Positions 19,164 through 28,148 of a stretch of DNA of 64,000 nucleotides are shown piece by piece. Source of the DNA: Candidatus Aenigmatarchaeota archaeon (GTDB lineage: Archaea > Aenigmatarchaeota > Aenigmatarchaeia > QMZP01 > JAFGSV01); NCBI GenBank assembly GCA_016934325.1, contig JAFGSV010000012.1:44373-108372 (forward strand). The letters run 5' to 3'. Within the stretch, counting starts at the first letter, position 1; every line of letters starts with the position of its first letter. The notes below the pieces were generated by a model, which had not been told where the DNA came from, ran no database searches, and saw only the letters and a program-made list of their open reading frames with translations. A program made the position numbers and the translations under genes.

Positions 19164-20474
19164 TCACAGGCCGTCATCATCGGTCTGGTACTTGCCTTTC
19201 GCCATGTACTGGTTGGATATCTGGTACGTTATTCTGGATTTGTAGGCCCCCCTGAAATCCTGCTCCTCCCTGACATTGATCTCGTACTGTTTCTTCAGGG
19301 CGGGCTCTACCTGGGACTTCGGCACCTTGAACTCGACGTAGACGTCCTCTTCGTAGGGCGAGGGGCTGCTGGTGCTGGTCATTTTCCTCCAGACGAGCTT
19401 GCCGGTCTTCCTGTCGAGCGCGTACATGTTGCAGTCCCAGGAGCCGGAGAAGACGAGATGCTTGTATACGGGGGTCGTGGCCCATATTGGCCCGTTGGTC
19501 TTGAACTTCCACTTGAGGGTACCGTCCAGGTTGACCGCATAGATATGCTCATCTGCAGAGGAGAAGTGGATGACGCCATCGGCTATGATAGGAGTCAGGC
19601 TACCGATCCTCTCAAAGGTCCTGAATCTCCAGAGCTCCCTCCCATCCATATTTAATGCATACAGGTTGTGGTCCCAGCTCGCGAAGTAGATCACGGCTTC
19701 GTGGATGGCCGGCCTCGAGACGACGCTGTCATACGTCCTGAACTTCCACAGCTGCCTGCCCGTCTCCACATCGACGGCGTAAAGGTTGTTGTCATGGGAT
19801 CCGAAGTATATCACGCCATTCTCCACGAGAAAGGGATGCTTGTTCGTTATGTTGCCCATAGTCCTGAACTTCCAAAGCAGCATGCCCGTGTGCCTGTCCA
19901 GCGCGTATAGGTAGTTGTCATAGCTCCCGACGAATACCATGTCCCCGTGTATCCTCGGGCTCGAGCCGACGAAATCCTGCGTGGCGAACTTCCATTTCAA
20001 CTCGCCGGAGAGCCTGTCAATGCAGTACAGGTTCCTGTCCTTCGAGCCCACGTATACCGAATCATCGCTCGCTGAGGGAGTGGCGAAAATCTCGCCCCGG
20101 GTCGGGAATTTCCATAGCAGGGCGCCGTCCAGTGAGTTGAGGGCATGGAGATTGTAGTCAAAGGAGCCTACGTACAGTATCCCCTTGTGTATCATGGGGG
20201 AGCAGCCCGTTATCACCCCATCGGTCCTGTACCTCCAAAACTCGGCTCCCGTTTCGGCATCCACGCAATAGACGATGTAATCGGCAGCCCCGTAATACAG
20301 CCTACCCTTGTGTACCAATGGAGCGGAGCCTATGTTCCCACCGAAGCCGATGGTCCATATCAGGTTGAACCTCTTCTTCCTCTTCACAACGAGGTCGCCG
20401 AGCTCCAGGTCGAAGTCCTTCTGGACCCCAATCTCGTCATCGAATCCGAATTCGTCCATGGGCGGCACAAACAA
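19164..20474 (-). CDS. PQQ-like beta-propeller repeat protein
   Basis: Eight or more repeats of '..LYxxSxDxxLYAxDxxTGxxLWKF'. Confidence 0.65.
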   Translation of the reverse strand: MFVPPMDEFGFDDEIGVQKDFDLELGDLVVKRKKRFNLIWTIGFGGNIGSAPLVHKGRLYYGAADYIVYCVDAETGAEFWRYRTDGVITGCSPMIHKGILYVGSFDYNLHALNSLDGALLWKFPTRGEIFATPSASDDSVYVGSKDRNLYCIDRLSGELKWKFATQDFVGSSPRIHGDMVFVGSYDNYLYALDRHTGMLLWKFRTMGNITNKHPFLVENGVIYFGSHDNNLYAVDVETGRQLWKFRTYDSVVSRPAIHEAVIYFASWDHNLYALNMDGRELWRFRTFERIGSLTPIIADGVIHFSSADEHIYAVNLDGTLKWKFKTNGPIWATTPVYKHLVFSGSWDCNMYALDRKTGKLVWRKMTSTSSPSPYEEDVYVEFKVPKSQVEPALKKQYEINVREEQDFRGAYKSRITYQISNQYMAKGKYQTDDDGL

Positions 20475-20553
20475 GAGATGCTGTGCGGCCTTAATATACC
20501 AGTGTCCTCCTCAATAAGGATAACAATAAATAACCACCTCCCCAATTATCAAC

Positions 20554-21294
20554 ATGCACGAAAAGGTTCTCGAGAGGGTCGGCCTGACCAGGAACGAGGC
20601 CAAGGTCTACATCGCGCTCCTGAAGAGGGGGCTGTCCACGGCCGGCATGCTCATCAAGGAGTCAGGGCTGCACAGGTCGAGGGTCTACGAGAGCCTGGAG
20701 ATGCTTTCACAGAAGGGCCTGGTGGGATCATGCGTTAAGGATTTCAAGAACCACTTCCAGGCGGCCAAGCCGGAGGTCCTCCTGGATTTCCTCGAAGAGA
20801 AGAAGAAGATGATCGATGAGCAAAAGGAGGAGATGAAGAGCATCCTGCCCGGCCTCAAGGAGATTGAATCCATGAAGAAGGAGGAGATAGAGGGGGCCGT
20901 CTTCAAGGGCAGGGAGGGCCTCAAGGCGATACATTCGGACATGCTGAAGGTCGGGGAGGACGTGTGGGTCCTCGGGGCGAAGGGGCTCATCTTCACGGAG
21001 CTCAAGTACTTCATCCAGTCATTCGAGAGGGACAGGGTGAAGAAGGGGATGAAGTGGAAAAGCATATTTGACAGGGATAGCAACTTTAAAAGGATAAATA
21101 AACCTCTATTCGAGAAGAGGAGGATGCCTGACCGGTTCGCGAGCCGCGGGGTGGTGAACATTTACGGCGACAGGGTCGCCATAGTGCTGTGGAAGGAGAA
21201 GTACCCGACGGGCTTCCTGATTAAGAACAAGCTCATATCCGATGCGTTCAGAAACTGGTTCAGCTTCATGTGGGAGAAATCAAAGGGTGAATGA
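20554..21294 (+). CDS. TrmB-family transcriptional regulator
   Basis: N-terminal wHTH 'LTRNEAKVYIALLKRGLSTAGMLIKESGLHRSRVYESLEMLSQKGLV' and a TrmB C-terminal sensor-like domain. Confidence 0.7.
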   Translation: MHEKVLERVGLTRNEAKVYIALLKRGLSTAGMLIKESGLHRSRVYESLEMLSQKGLVGSCVKDFKNHFQAAKPEVLLDFLEEKKKMIDEQKEEMKSILPGLKEIESMKKEEIEGAVFKGREGLKAIHSDMLKVGEDVWVLGAKGLIFTELKYFIQSFERDRVKKGMKWKSIFDRDSNFKRINKPLFEKRRMPDRFASRGVVNIYGDRVAIVLWKEKYPTGFLIKNKLISDAFRNWFSFMWEKSKGE

Positions 21295-22056
21295 ATGCTT
21301 TACATTATCGGCTTGGGGATCGGTGACGAGTCAGACATATCCCAGCGCGGGCTCGATGCCTGCAGGAAGGCGGACGAGGTATGCGCAGAGCTGTACACGG
21401 CCAGGTGGCAGGGCGACCTGCGAAAGCTGGGGAAGGCCATAGGCAAGGGAATCAAGGTCCTTGAGAGGCAGGACCTGGAGGACAGGTCCGAGAAATTCGT
21501 GAAGGGGGCGAAGGGCAAGGACGTAGCGCTGCTGGTCCCCGGGGACCCGCTGTCTGCGACGACCCACATCAACCTGCTCATGGAAGCGAGGCACGAAAAG
21601 ATTCCGTTCACGGTCATCCATTCGAGCTCCATAATGACTGCCATCGCGGAGACCGGGCTCAACATCTACAACTTCGGCAAGACGGCCACCGTGGTCAGGC
21701 CACAGGAAGGTTACGCGCCGACCTCCTTCTATGAAGCGGGTATCATCAACAAGAGGAGCGGCATGCACACGCTCTTCCTGCTGGACGTGGACATGGACAC
21801 CAGGCTCGGCCTCGAGATACTGCTGGAGATCGAGAAGAAGAGGAAGAGGGGGGTGCTCGGCCCCGACACGAATGTGGTAGCCGCCTCGGGGATAGGCACG
21901 AGGAAGAGCATCATCAGGTACGACAAGGTCAGGAACCTGCTGAAGCAGCCCCTCAGGCCGCCGGCGGTGTTGATCATCCCGGGAAGGAGGCACTTCGTCG
22001 AGCGCGAATGGCTCGACTCGCTGAAGGAGCGTATCAGGTTCTCCGAGCATATGTAA
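21295..22056 (+). CDS. dph5: Diphthine synthase (Dph5)
   Basis: Tetrapyrrole-methylase fold, 'MLYIIGLGIGDESDISQRGL', 253 aa. Confidence 0.85.
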   Translation: MLYIIGLGIGDESDISQRGLDACRKADEVCAELYTARWQGDLRKLGKAIGKGIKVLERQDLEDRSEKFVKGAKGKDVALLVPGDPLSATTHINLLMEARHEKIPFTVIHSSSIMTAIAETGLNIYNFGKTATVVRPQEGYAPTSFYEAGIINKRSGMHTLFLLDVDMDTRLGLEILLEIEKKRKRGVLGPDTNVVAASGIGTRKSIIRYDKVRNLLKQPLRPPAVLIIPGRRHFVEREWLDSLKERIRFSEHM

Positions 22057-22147
22057 CCGATATGATACGGGCTAATTCTCAAATTTGTTGAAATGGCCGG
22101 AAAAATGCCTATTTTCCACCCATAACAGACATCATGCGACCAACAGA

Positions 22148-22161
22148 AAGCTTTATAAATG
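22148..22161 (+). promoter_or_regulatory. BRE/TATA promoter element (copy 1)
   Basis: 'AAGCTTTATAAAT' followed by 'ATTAACTACTA'. Drives a possible 54-aa ORF at 22204-22368. Confidence 0.4.
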
Positions 22162-22366
22162 GTCAAATTAACTACTACTTAGAGGTGACCCAAATTCAAA
22201 GCCATGGCAAGTTACAACACTGAAAGAGGATATTTGGGTCAGAATGAGCAGTCTTATATTTATTCAATTCCCGGCGCATTGAATATCGGCGAGGTCGGCG
22301 AGACCGTCGCATACAGGGATTCGGGTTTAGATATCGTCATTAACCGGCAGCGATCGGGCCACCGAT

Positions 22367-22379
22367 AGCTTTATAAAGG
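22367..22379 (+). promoter_or_regulatory. BRE/TATA promoter element (copy 2)
   Basis: 'AGCTTTATAAAGG' followed by 'ATATTAACTACTA', about 30 nt before the GTG start at 22408 (leaderless-type spacing). Confidence 0.4.
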
Positions 22380-22407
22380 AAGAAATAGTAATATTAACTA
22401 CTAAGTA

Positions 22408-23139
22408 GTGAAAAAGGTGAAAAAAGTGACAGGAAAAACATCAACAGGTGAAAGGAGAAGGGCTACTATTACGCTAAATTCTGGCGGTCATGAATTCTTG
22501 AGTTTCGGACCGCAGGACTTCGCAAGGGATAAGACGGGAGTCCTTTTCGGCGATGGAATCGGTCCGGTCAGGGCTCATGCCAGGTCGGACAGCTTGTGGG
22601 GCCAGGTGGCTGAAGCGATTGGGAAGAAGGCCGTGGAGATAGGAAAGGGCGTGCTGAGGGGATATTCCAGGGATGAGAAGGCCGCTTATGCATATGCAAG
22701 GACCGGAATCCCGACCGCCGGAGATGTCCCCGGAGGATACTCCAAGATTGACGCGCTTCTGGGAAGTTACGGCGCAAGTCGTGCGTCCCAGCCGTGGCTG
22801 AAGGAAGTGACCGGAAAAAGCAACTACGTCTTCGGAGCTGCGGTTCCGGAAGGGCCGGACGAGGGAATATATGTTGATGAAGGGCTTGTGAGGAAGGCTG
22901 GCAAGTATATTAGCAGCTTGGCCAGGGGCCTGAAGCAGAAGGCCAGGGAATATGCCAGCGATTTCATAGAGACGCTGCTGACACTTGACCATGAGTATGC
23001 CCACAAGAACAAGGGCATAAGGAACGATCAGGCAGCAGAGCAGTATGCGGAAGAGAGCTTGATCAGGCTGGCAAAGGATGACAGCACGGTCGGGTTCGCC
23101 CTGCAAGAATACAGGAGCCCTCTCCTGCTGGCTGACTGA
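22408..23139 (+). CDS. Hypothetical protein with C-terminal HExxH motif (putative minimal Zn-metallopeptidase)
   Basis: GTG start. Gly-rich protein. 'LTLDHEYAHKNKG' contains HEYAH. No other family signal. Confidence 0.4.
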   Translation: MKKVKKVTGKTSTGERRRATITLNSGGHEFLSFGPQDFARDKTGVLFGDGIGPVRAHARSDSLWGQVAEAIGKKAVEIGKGVLRGYSRDEKAAYAYARTGIPTAGDVPGGYSKIDALLGSYGASRASQPWLKEVTGKSNYVFGAAVPEGPDEGIYVDEGLVRKAGKYISSLARGLKQKAREYASDFIETLLTLDHEYAHKNKGIRNDQAAEQYAEESLIRLAKDDSTVGFALQEYRSPLLLAD

Positions 23140-23341
23140 GAGGTGATGACAAATGGAAGAAGGATTGATGCGAAAAGCGCGGAAGTATGAGAAGGACCTG
23201 GACATGCTCATGTCCCTGGTCAAGGGAAGCGATGAGATGGACCTATCTTCCAGGGAGAAGGGCAGCATGCTCTATGCCCTCGAGGCCGAGGAGATCGACT
23301 TAAAAAATTTGGGGGGCAATGCCTAAAGCAGGTGAAAGAAC

Positions 23342-24244
23342 ATGTCACAAATCAATGACCTTAAGGATACCAGCAGGATGGAGTCGGCATTGAAATTCCC
23401 GATAGCCTGGGCTGCAGAGAAGGTGGTTGACGCCATGCCTGCCTGGCATGCATACGGCATACTTCCCGAGTTCTACACCTCAATGAAGGGCGGTTTGTGG
23501 GAAGCCGCGAACATGACCAAGCACAAGCACGGCCTTAACATGCTCGACCTACCTAAACATTGTGGCGGTTTCCAGAATCTATACTCTGTTCTGAATTTCC
23601 CCAGCGGCATATTGAATACGGAAGAGGTCTACACCTTCAGAAGGAATGACAACGGCCTCGAAACGCCCATTGATTACAGGTCGCCTTCCAGGCAGCCATC
23701 GGCCATGCAACTGCAGCAAGAGGGAGAGCAATCAATCGATAACGAACTGGAATTTGGCAACAGTCTTGTGAAGTCCCTTCTCGATCCAAAGGCTAGGAGA
23801 GGAGATTTCATCAGAGCACAGTGTGTAGCTGAGCTGACGGATGGGGACACGAGCAGGGCGCCGGACCCCACCGGCTATTTGCCCCAATTTTCCGAGCACG
23901 AATTATTCCTTTGCGGCCAGATCGGCAACAGGACCCTTGTAGCTTCCACGCCGCACGGCGCGGTTTACAGATATAGAGCCCCATCCAAATTGCAGAAGTT
24001 CGAGACATATCTCAGGATGGATATGCGATATACAATCCGTAATGCCCCGATAGAGTGGCTTGGCCTCGAGAAACTGAAGGTGTTCAAAGGATTGCCTCTT
24101 CAGAGGGTGCTTCAGAGCCTGGCAGCTGGGACAATAGGTTCCGAGCAGGAAGACTATATTTCATCTATGACACCACAGGGCCTTCCTGTCAGGATGGACG
24201 GATATATAAATCCCATCGCGAGATACCTGCCGCGATACAAGTAG
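23342..24244 (+). CDS. Hypothetical protein
   Basis: 300-aa ORF in coding-like composition. No recognisable motifs. Confidence 0.4.
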   Translation: MSQINDLKDTSRMESALKFPIAWAAEKVVDAMPAWHAYGILPEFYTSMKGGLWEAANMTKHKHGLNMLDLPKHCGGFQNLYSVLNFPSGILNTEEVYTFRRNDNGLETPIDYRSPSRQPSAMQLQQEGEQSIDNELEFGNSLVKSLLDPKARRGDFIRAQCVAELTDGDTSRAPDPTGYLPQFSEHELFLCGQIGNRTLVASTPHGAVYRYRAPSKLQKFETYLRMDMRYTIRNAPIEWLGLEKLKVFKGLPLQRVLQSLAAGTIGSEQEDYISSMTPQGLPVRMDGYINPIARYLPRYK

Positions 24245-24345
24245 ACAGTGTGAAATTTGTCTTCATAAGCATTTCAAATAACCGCTGCGAACGACGGAGA
24301 CGGAACGCTTTCACACATATAAGTTTATTTTCATCAATAATAAAC

Positions 24346-25071
24346 ATGGCAGACATTTTGCAGATTGTCCAGCAGTTCCTGTGCTACGGGAACAGCGACT
24401 GCATCAACATGTTCAACTCCTACGCGAGCAAGCCCATGGAGGGCCTGTTCTATCTCGTCTTCTTCCCCATAGTCTTCATCATAATCTTCATCTACCTGCT
24501 GGCCCACAGGTACTTCCCCGACCACCGCAGCCTGAACATATTGCTCAGCCTCGCATTCTTCGCGTTCATCATACTGCAGGGATGGTACTACTTCTTCATG
24601 ATCCTAGGGCAGCTGTGGTACATCGTCATCATACTCCTGGGATTCCTGTGGATGGCGCTATTCGGCCTCCTTGGCAAAGGGAAATCAGGCGGCGGGGGCC
24701 AGGCGAGGACGGGCGGTAGCGGAGGAATGTTCGACGGCGTCCTCGGGGCGGCCGGGAAGAGGCTGAAGGTCCAGATGTCAAGCGAGCTGAAGGATCATGA
24801 GTCCAGGCTTGAGGCATTGCTGAAATCAATGGCGGGGCTTATCGGCGACATGAAGAGGGCGGGCTCAAAGACAGACATAGACAATGTCTACAGGGCGTAT
24901 GTCGACCTGCTGCCCCAGATAGACTCGCACCTGGATAGCCTCAGGCAGATGACGGCCATCAAGGGCTTCAAGGTCAGCGGAAAATACAACGAACTTCTCA
25001 GTCGTTATAAGAAGCTATCGTCGGAGATGGATGGTCTGCACTCGAAGAGGGGAGGCAAGGCTGCCGCATAG
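24346..25071 (+). CDS. Small membrane protein paralogue 1 (4 TM plus cytoplasmic coiled-coil tail)
   Basis: Start at internal ATG 'MADILQIV'. TM helices followed by a Gly-rich linker 'GKGKSGGGGQARTGGSGG' and a helical C-terminus. Confidence 0.5.
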   Translation: MADILQIVQQFLCYGNSDCINMFNSYASKPMEGLFYLVFFPIVFIIIFIYLLAHRYFPDHRSLNILLSLAFFAFIILQGWYYFFMILGQLWYIVIILLGFLWMALFGLLGKGKSGGGGQARTGGSGGMFDGVLGAAGKRLKVQMSSELKDHESRLEALLKSMAGLIGDMKRAGSKTDIDNVYRAYVDLLPQIDSHLDSLRQMTAIKGFKVSGKYNELLSRYKKLSSEMDGLHSKRGGKAAA

Positions 25072-25082
25072 GGTGATTATCG

Positions 25083-25502
25083 ATGGTCGACTTCCTTGCG
25101 CTGGAGACCCTCCTTCCGTTCCTGCTCGTCCTGGCGATCGTGTATGGCGCCATGGACACGGCTAAGATGTTCAGGAACAGGGCCCTGAAGACCATAATAT
25201 CCGTCGTCATGGCGTTCTTCGCGATAAGCGACGCATCGGTCGTAGCCATGCTTAACTCGATGCTTCCTTATGCCGCGATATTCTTCATACTCATCTTCGT
25301 GGCGGGATACGTCAGGCGGTCGCTCGGAGGCGAGGGGCAGAAGGACAACACGATAGTCATAATCATCATAGTCCTGGCGCTGCTGCTCATTGCCGCATAC
25401 GCCAGGGCGGAAGGCGGCATGTACGAGTACAGCGAGTTCTTCTGGTTCGTGGGCATCATAGCCATCATATCAATCCTTTATGCCGCCTATAAAATGAAGT
25501 GA
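25083..25502 (+). CDS. Small membrane protein paralogue 2
   Basis: N-terminal 'FLALETLLPFLLVLAIVYG' motif shared with its neighbours; 4 TM. Confidence 0.5.
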   Translation: MVDFLALETLLPFLLVLAIVYGAMDTAKMFRNRALKTIISVVMAFFAISDASVVAMLNSMLPYAAIFFILIFVAGYVRRSLGGEGQKDNTIVIIIIVLALLLIAAYARAEGGMYEYSEFFWFVGIIAIISILYAAYKMK

Positions 25503-25849
25503 TGCCGGTGGCCGCTCCAAATCCCGCGATCGGATTCCTCGAGCAGGCCGGGTTCTTCACATTCCTATCATTCCTGCTCATATTCATCGTCCTCTACTAC
25601 GTCTTCATGGAGCTGCTGAACAAGTACGTGGCCAGGCTGCAGAGTACCGATAAGAAGCGGGCGATATCACTGATACTGTCTATACTCATAACGGCGTTTC
25701 TCTTCTTCTTTTTTGCTCACTATGCTTCCACCGGCATGATTTATGTTGCCACGGCTATCTTCGTCATTCTCTTCCTTTTCGTCGTCGTCCTGGCCGCCGC
25801 AAGGGTAATGGGACTGGATTTGCTGCAGATGCTGCAACGCAAAAAATGA
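25499..25849 (+). CDS. Small membrane protein paralogue 3
   Basis: 'GFLEQAGFFTFLSFLLIFIVLYYV' motif; start overlaps the previous gene by 4 nt. Confidence 0.5.
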   Translation: MMPVAAPNPAIGFLEQAGFFTFLSFLLIFIVLYYVFMELLNKYVARLQSTDKKRAISLILSILITAFLFFFFAHYASTGMIYVATAIFVILFLFVVVLAAARVMGLDLLQMLQRKK

Positions 25850-25925
25850 TCGTCAGAAAGCTGCTATTGGCGCCTGTTAGCGGCTTGAGGATAGATTTAT
25901 AAGTCTTATACGACAATAACATTAT

Positions 25926-26468
25926 ATGGCAGATCCATTTTCGCAAATGGTAACGAACTTGGAGAACATGGGATTCTTCCAGTACTTGTTCCCTTTTTTG
26001 CTGGCTTTCGCCATCCTCTATGGGATCCTGAAATGGGTCTTCAGGGACAAGATCGAGCCGAGGGTTGTAGCCTTGATCTCGGTGGTCCTGTCTTTCTTCG
26101 TGATGCTGTATTCGGCCTATAACACGTGGCTCTACAACTTCCTGGCCAACGCATCCGGGGTCTGGCTCGGGATGGCAACGGTGCTCCTGTTCATCGTAGT
26201 ACTCGCGGCACTGGCAGGCATAAACCTGCACGAGTTCCTGGGCGAAGAGAAGAGGTCATGGCTCAAGTACCTGATAATAATCGTGATCGCGTACGTAGTC
26301 ATCGTCTCCTTCCTGGGCACGGGGGCTTACTACTCGTACCTGCCTTTCTGGCTGACGAGCGGCGACCTGTGGACGGTATTGCTGGTCATAATAATACTGG
26401 CGATAGTGTTCTGGTTCGTCGGCGGCGAGGAAAAGACAGGGGCGAAAGAAGGGGAAAAGAAAGAGTGA
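25926..26468 (+). CDS. Small membrane protein paralogue 4
   Basis: 'LENMGFFQYLFPFLLAFAILYG' motif; 5 TM; KE-rich C-terminus. Confidence 0.5.
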   Translation: MADPFSQMVTNLENMGFFQYLFPFLLAFAILYGILKWVFRDKIEPRVVALISVVLSFFVMLYSAYNTWLYNFLANASGVWLGMATVLLFIVVLAALAGINLHEFLGEEKRSWLKYLIIIVIAYVVIVSFLGTGAYYSYLPFWLTSGDLWTVLLVIIILAIVFWFVGGEEKTGAKEGEKKE

Positions 26469-26594
26469 ATCCCGTCAAACCCCGGTTTCCCTTTTTTTTA
26501 TATTCGATATTATTTCGAATAGCGTCGGGATTCTTCAATGCTATCGGATTCAGAATCCGAAAGAATCAGCGCCCTGACATCCGCGATCCCGTCC

Positions 26595-27617
26595 CTATTC
26601 GGGCGGCGCGTACGGGGACTGGGGCTTCGGCCTGGGCGGCATCGCTGAGGGCGGTGCAGGCGCCTTCGGTTCCTCGCGGGGCTGTTCGATCGTTACCGGC
26701 TCCCCCTTCTTTGAAGCCTTGACGGCGTGGCTGAACTTCCTGATCGACTCCACCATGGGGGTGAGCGAACCCTTGACGATCTCCTCCAGGGAGTCTATCC
26801 TGGCGTTGGTGTCCTCTATGACGTGCTTCTGCTCCTCGATGTCCTTCCTTATGGACTCGATCTCCTGCGGAGGCACGCCGGCGCCCGGGACCTGGTCGGC
26901 CGCGCTCTTGACGCCTGACGCCATGTCGTCGATCTTGCCTTCGAGGGCGTTGACCCTGCTCATCATCTCGGACCATTTCTCCTCGGTCACCTCTTCCGTG
27001 AGCTCCTCTACTTCCCTGCGCCTCCTGTCCTTGAGCTCTCTTACCCTGTCCTCGCCCCTCTTGGGCAGCGGCTCCTCGAATTCCAGCGGCTCCTTCTCGA
27101 TGGCTCCGCCGCGGGGTCCATGAGGCAAGGGGGCATCGAGATCGTCCATGAAAGCCCCTGGGCCCATCCTCCTCTCCTTTGGCAGGTCTTCCATATCCTC
27201 GTCCAGGTCATCGTCCGTCCAGGGCGATGGCATGTAATTCTGCTGCGGGTATGACGGAGGCATTCCCGGCTGCTGGATTGGCGGCTGGTCCTGGAAGGAG
27301 TATGTTGGCGGAGGAGCGGGAGCTGGCGGAGCGGACAGGGGCGAACCGGGCTGAGTTCCCGGAAGCGGGGGCGGGGATGGCGGGCCAAAACGGCCAGGCC
27401 GCGGGTATGGAGGCGCCTGGACGCCCGTCCCGGTGCGCAAGGCGTCCTTCATGGCCCTGTCGACCTCGAGTGGGGAGAATCCCTCCTCCCTGAGAGTCTT
27501 TATGATCTCGGGCTCTGACAGGCCCTGGGAAGAAAGGGAAACGACCTTTTCAGTCGGTATCCTCGGCCCAGCGGGTGCTGGACCGCCCGCCTGCTTCTTT
27601 TTGGAAAGGCCAAACAT
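26595..27617 (-). CDS. Pro-rich/coiled-coil protein with N-terminal UBA-like helix bundle
   Basis: 'LSEPEIIKTLREEGFSPLEVDRAMKDAL' (NAC/UBA-like), an ~100-aa PxxP-rich linker, an acidic region and a C-terminal heptad coiled coil. Confidence 0.5.
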   Translation of the reverse strand: MFGLSKKKQAGGPAPAGPRIPTEKVVSLSSQGLSEPEIIKTLREEGFSPLEVDRAMKDALRTGTGVQAPPYPRPGRFGPPSPPPLPGTQPGSPLSAPPAPAPPPTYSFQDQPPIQQPGMPPSYPQQNYMPSPWTDDDLDEDMEDLPKERRMGPGAFMDDLDAPLPHGPRGGAIEKEPLEFEEPLPKRGEDRVRELKDRRRREVEELTEEVTEEKWSEMMSRVNALEGKIDDMASGVKSAADQVPGAGVPPQEIESIRKDIEEQKHVIEDTNARIDSLEEIVKGSLTPMVESIRKFSHAVKASKKGEPVTIEQPREEPKAPAPPSAMPPRPKPQSPYAPPE

Positions 27618-27675
27618 GAATCAGCACCGACCTCTTATATTTTATATATTTAACCTGGTTTACTTAAATATCTCC

Positions 27676-28080
27676 TCATTTGGGGCTCTTCTGCGCCGTT
27701 TTCTGCTCCTCCAGGGGCGCAAACTGCTGCATAAGCAACGGGTCCAGTATCTTGAGCTTCTCCTCGACCCTCTTGAGCTCGCTCTTCCTCGCGAGGAACT
27801 GCAGCTGCTTGACGACCTCCTTCAGCGTGTTCTGGACCAGGGTGACCTTCTCGTCCTGGGCCGTCACCTTTGCGGTCAGGCCGTCGATTGAGCTCTGCAG
27901 GGCCTTTATCTTCTCGATCAGGGACTCGTCCATGGAGCCTATCCTGCTCGAGGCCAGCCTCTCCCTGTCCTCTAGTATTCTCAAGCGCTTCGTGTTGTCG
28001 TTGACCCTCCCGACAATCTCGTTTATGATGGGCGCCGGCCTCTTCTTCTGGGTTTCACCGAAGACTGGCATAAGGAACAC
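27676..28080 (-). CDS. Small coiled-coil protein
   Basis: 134 aa, continuous heptad pattern. Divergent from the ATPase gene across a 68-nt AT-rich spacer. Confidence 0.45.
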   Translation of the reverse strand: MFLMPVFGETQKKRPAPIINEIVGRVNDNTKRLRILEDRERLASSRIGSMDESLIEKIKALQSSIDGLTAKVTAQDEKVTLVQNTLKEVVKQLQFLARKSELKRVEEKLKILDPLLMQQFAPLEEQKTAQKSPK

Positions 28081-28148
28081 GTCCGCATTTTTTTATTTAC
28101 GGGGTTACAATATTAAATAGTGTGCATCGATTTAAATAGAATAATCGT

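Noticed and set aside
24055-24345. Upstream extension of the first small membrane-protein gene (ORF-track start 24055)
   Set aside because: The extension overlaps the 3' end of the preceding gene in another frame and encodes non-membrane junk. The internal ATG at 24346 begins the conserved paralogue motif.
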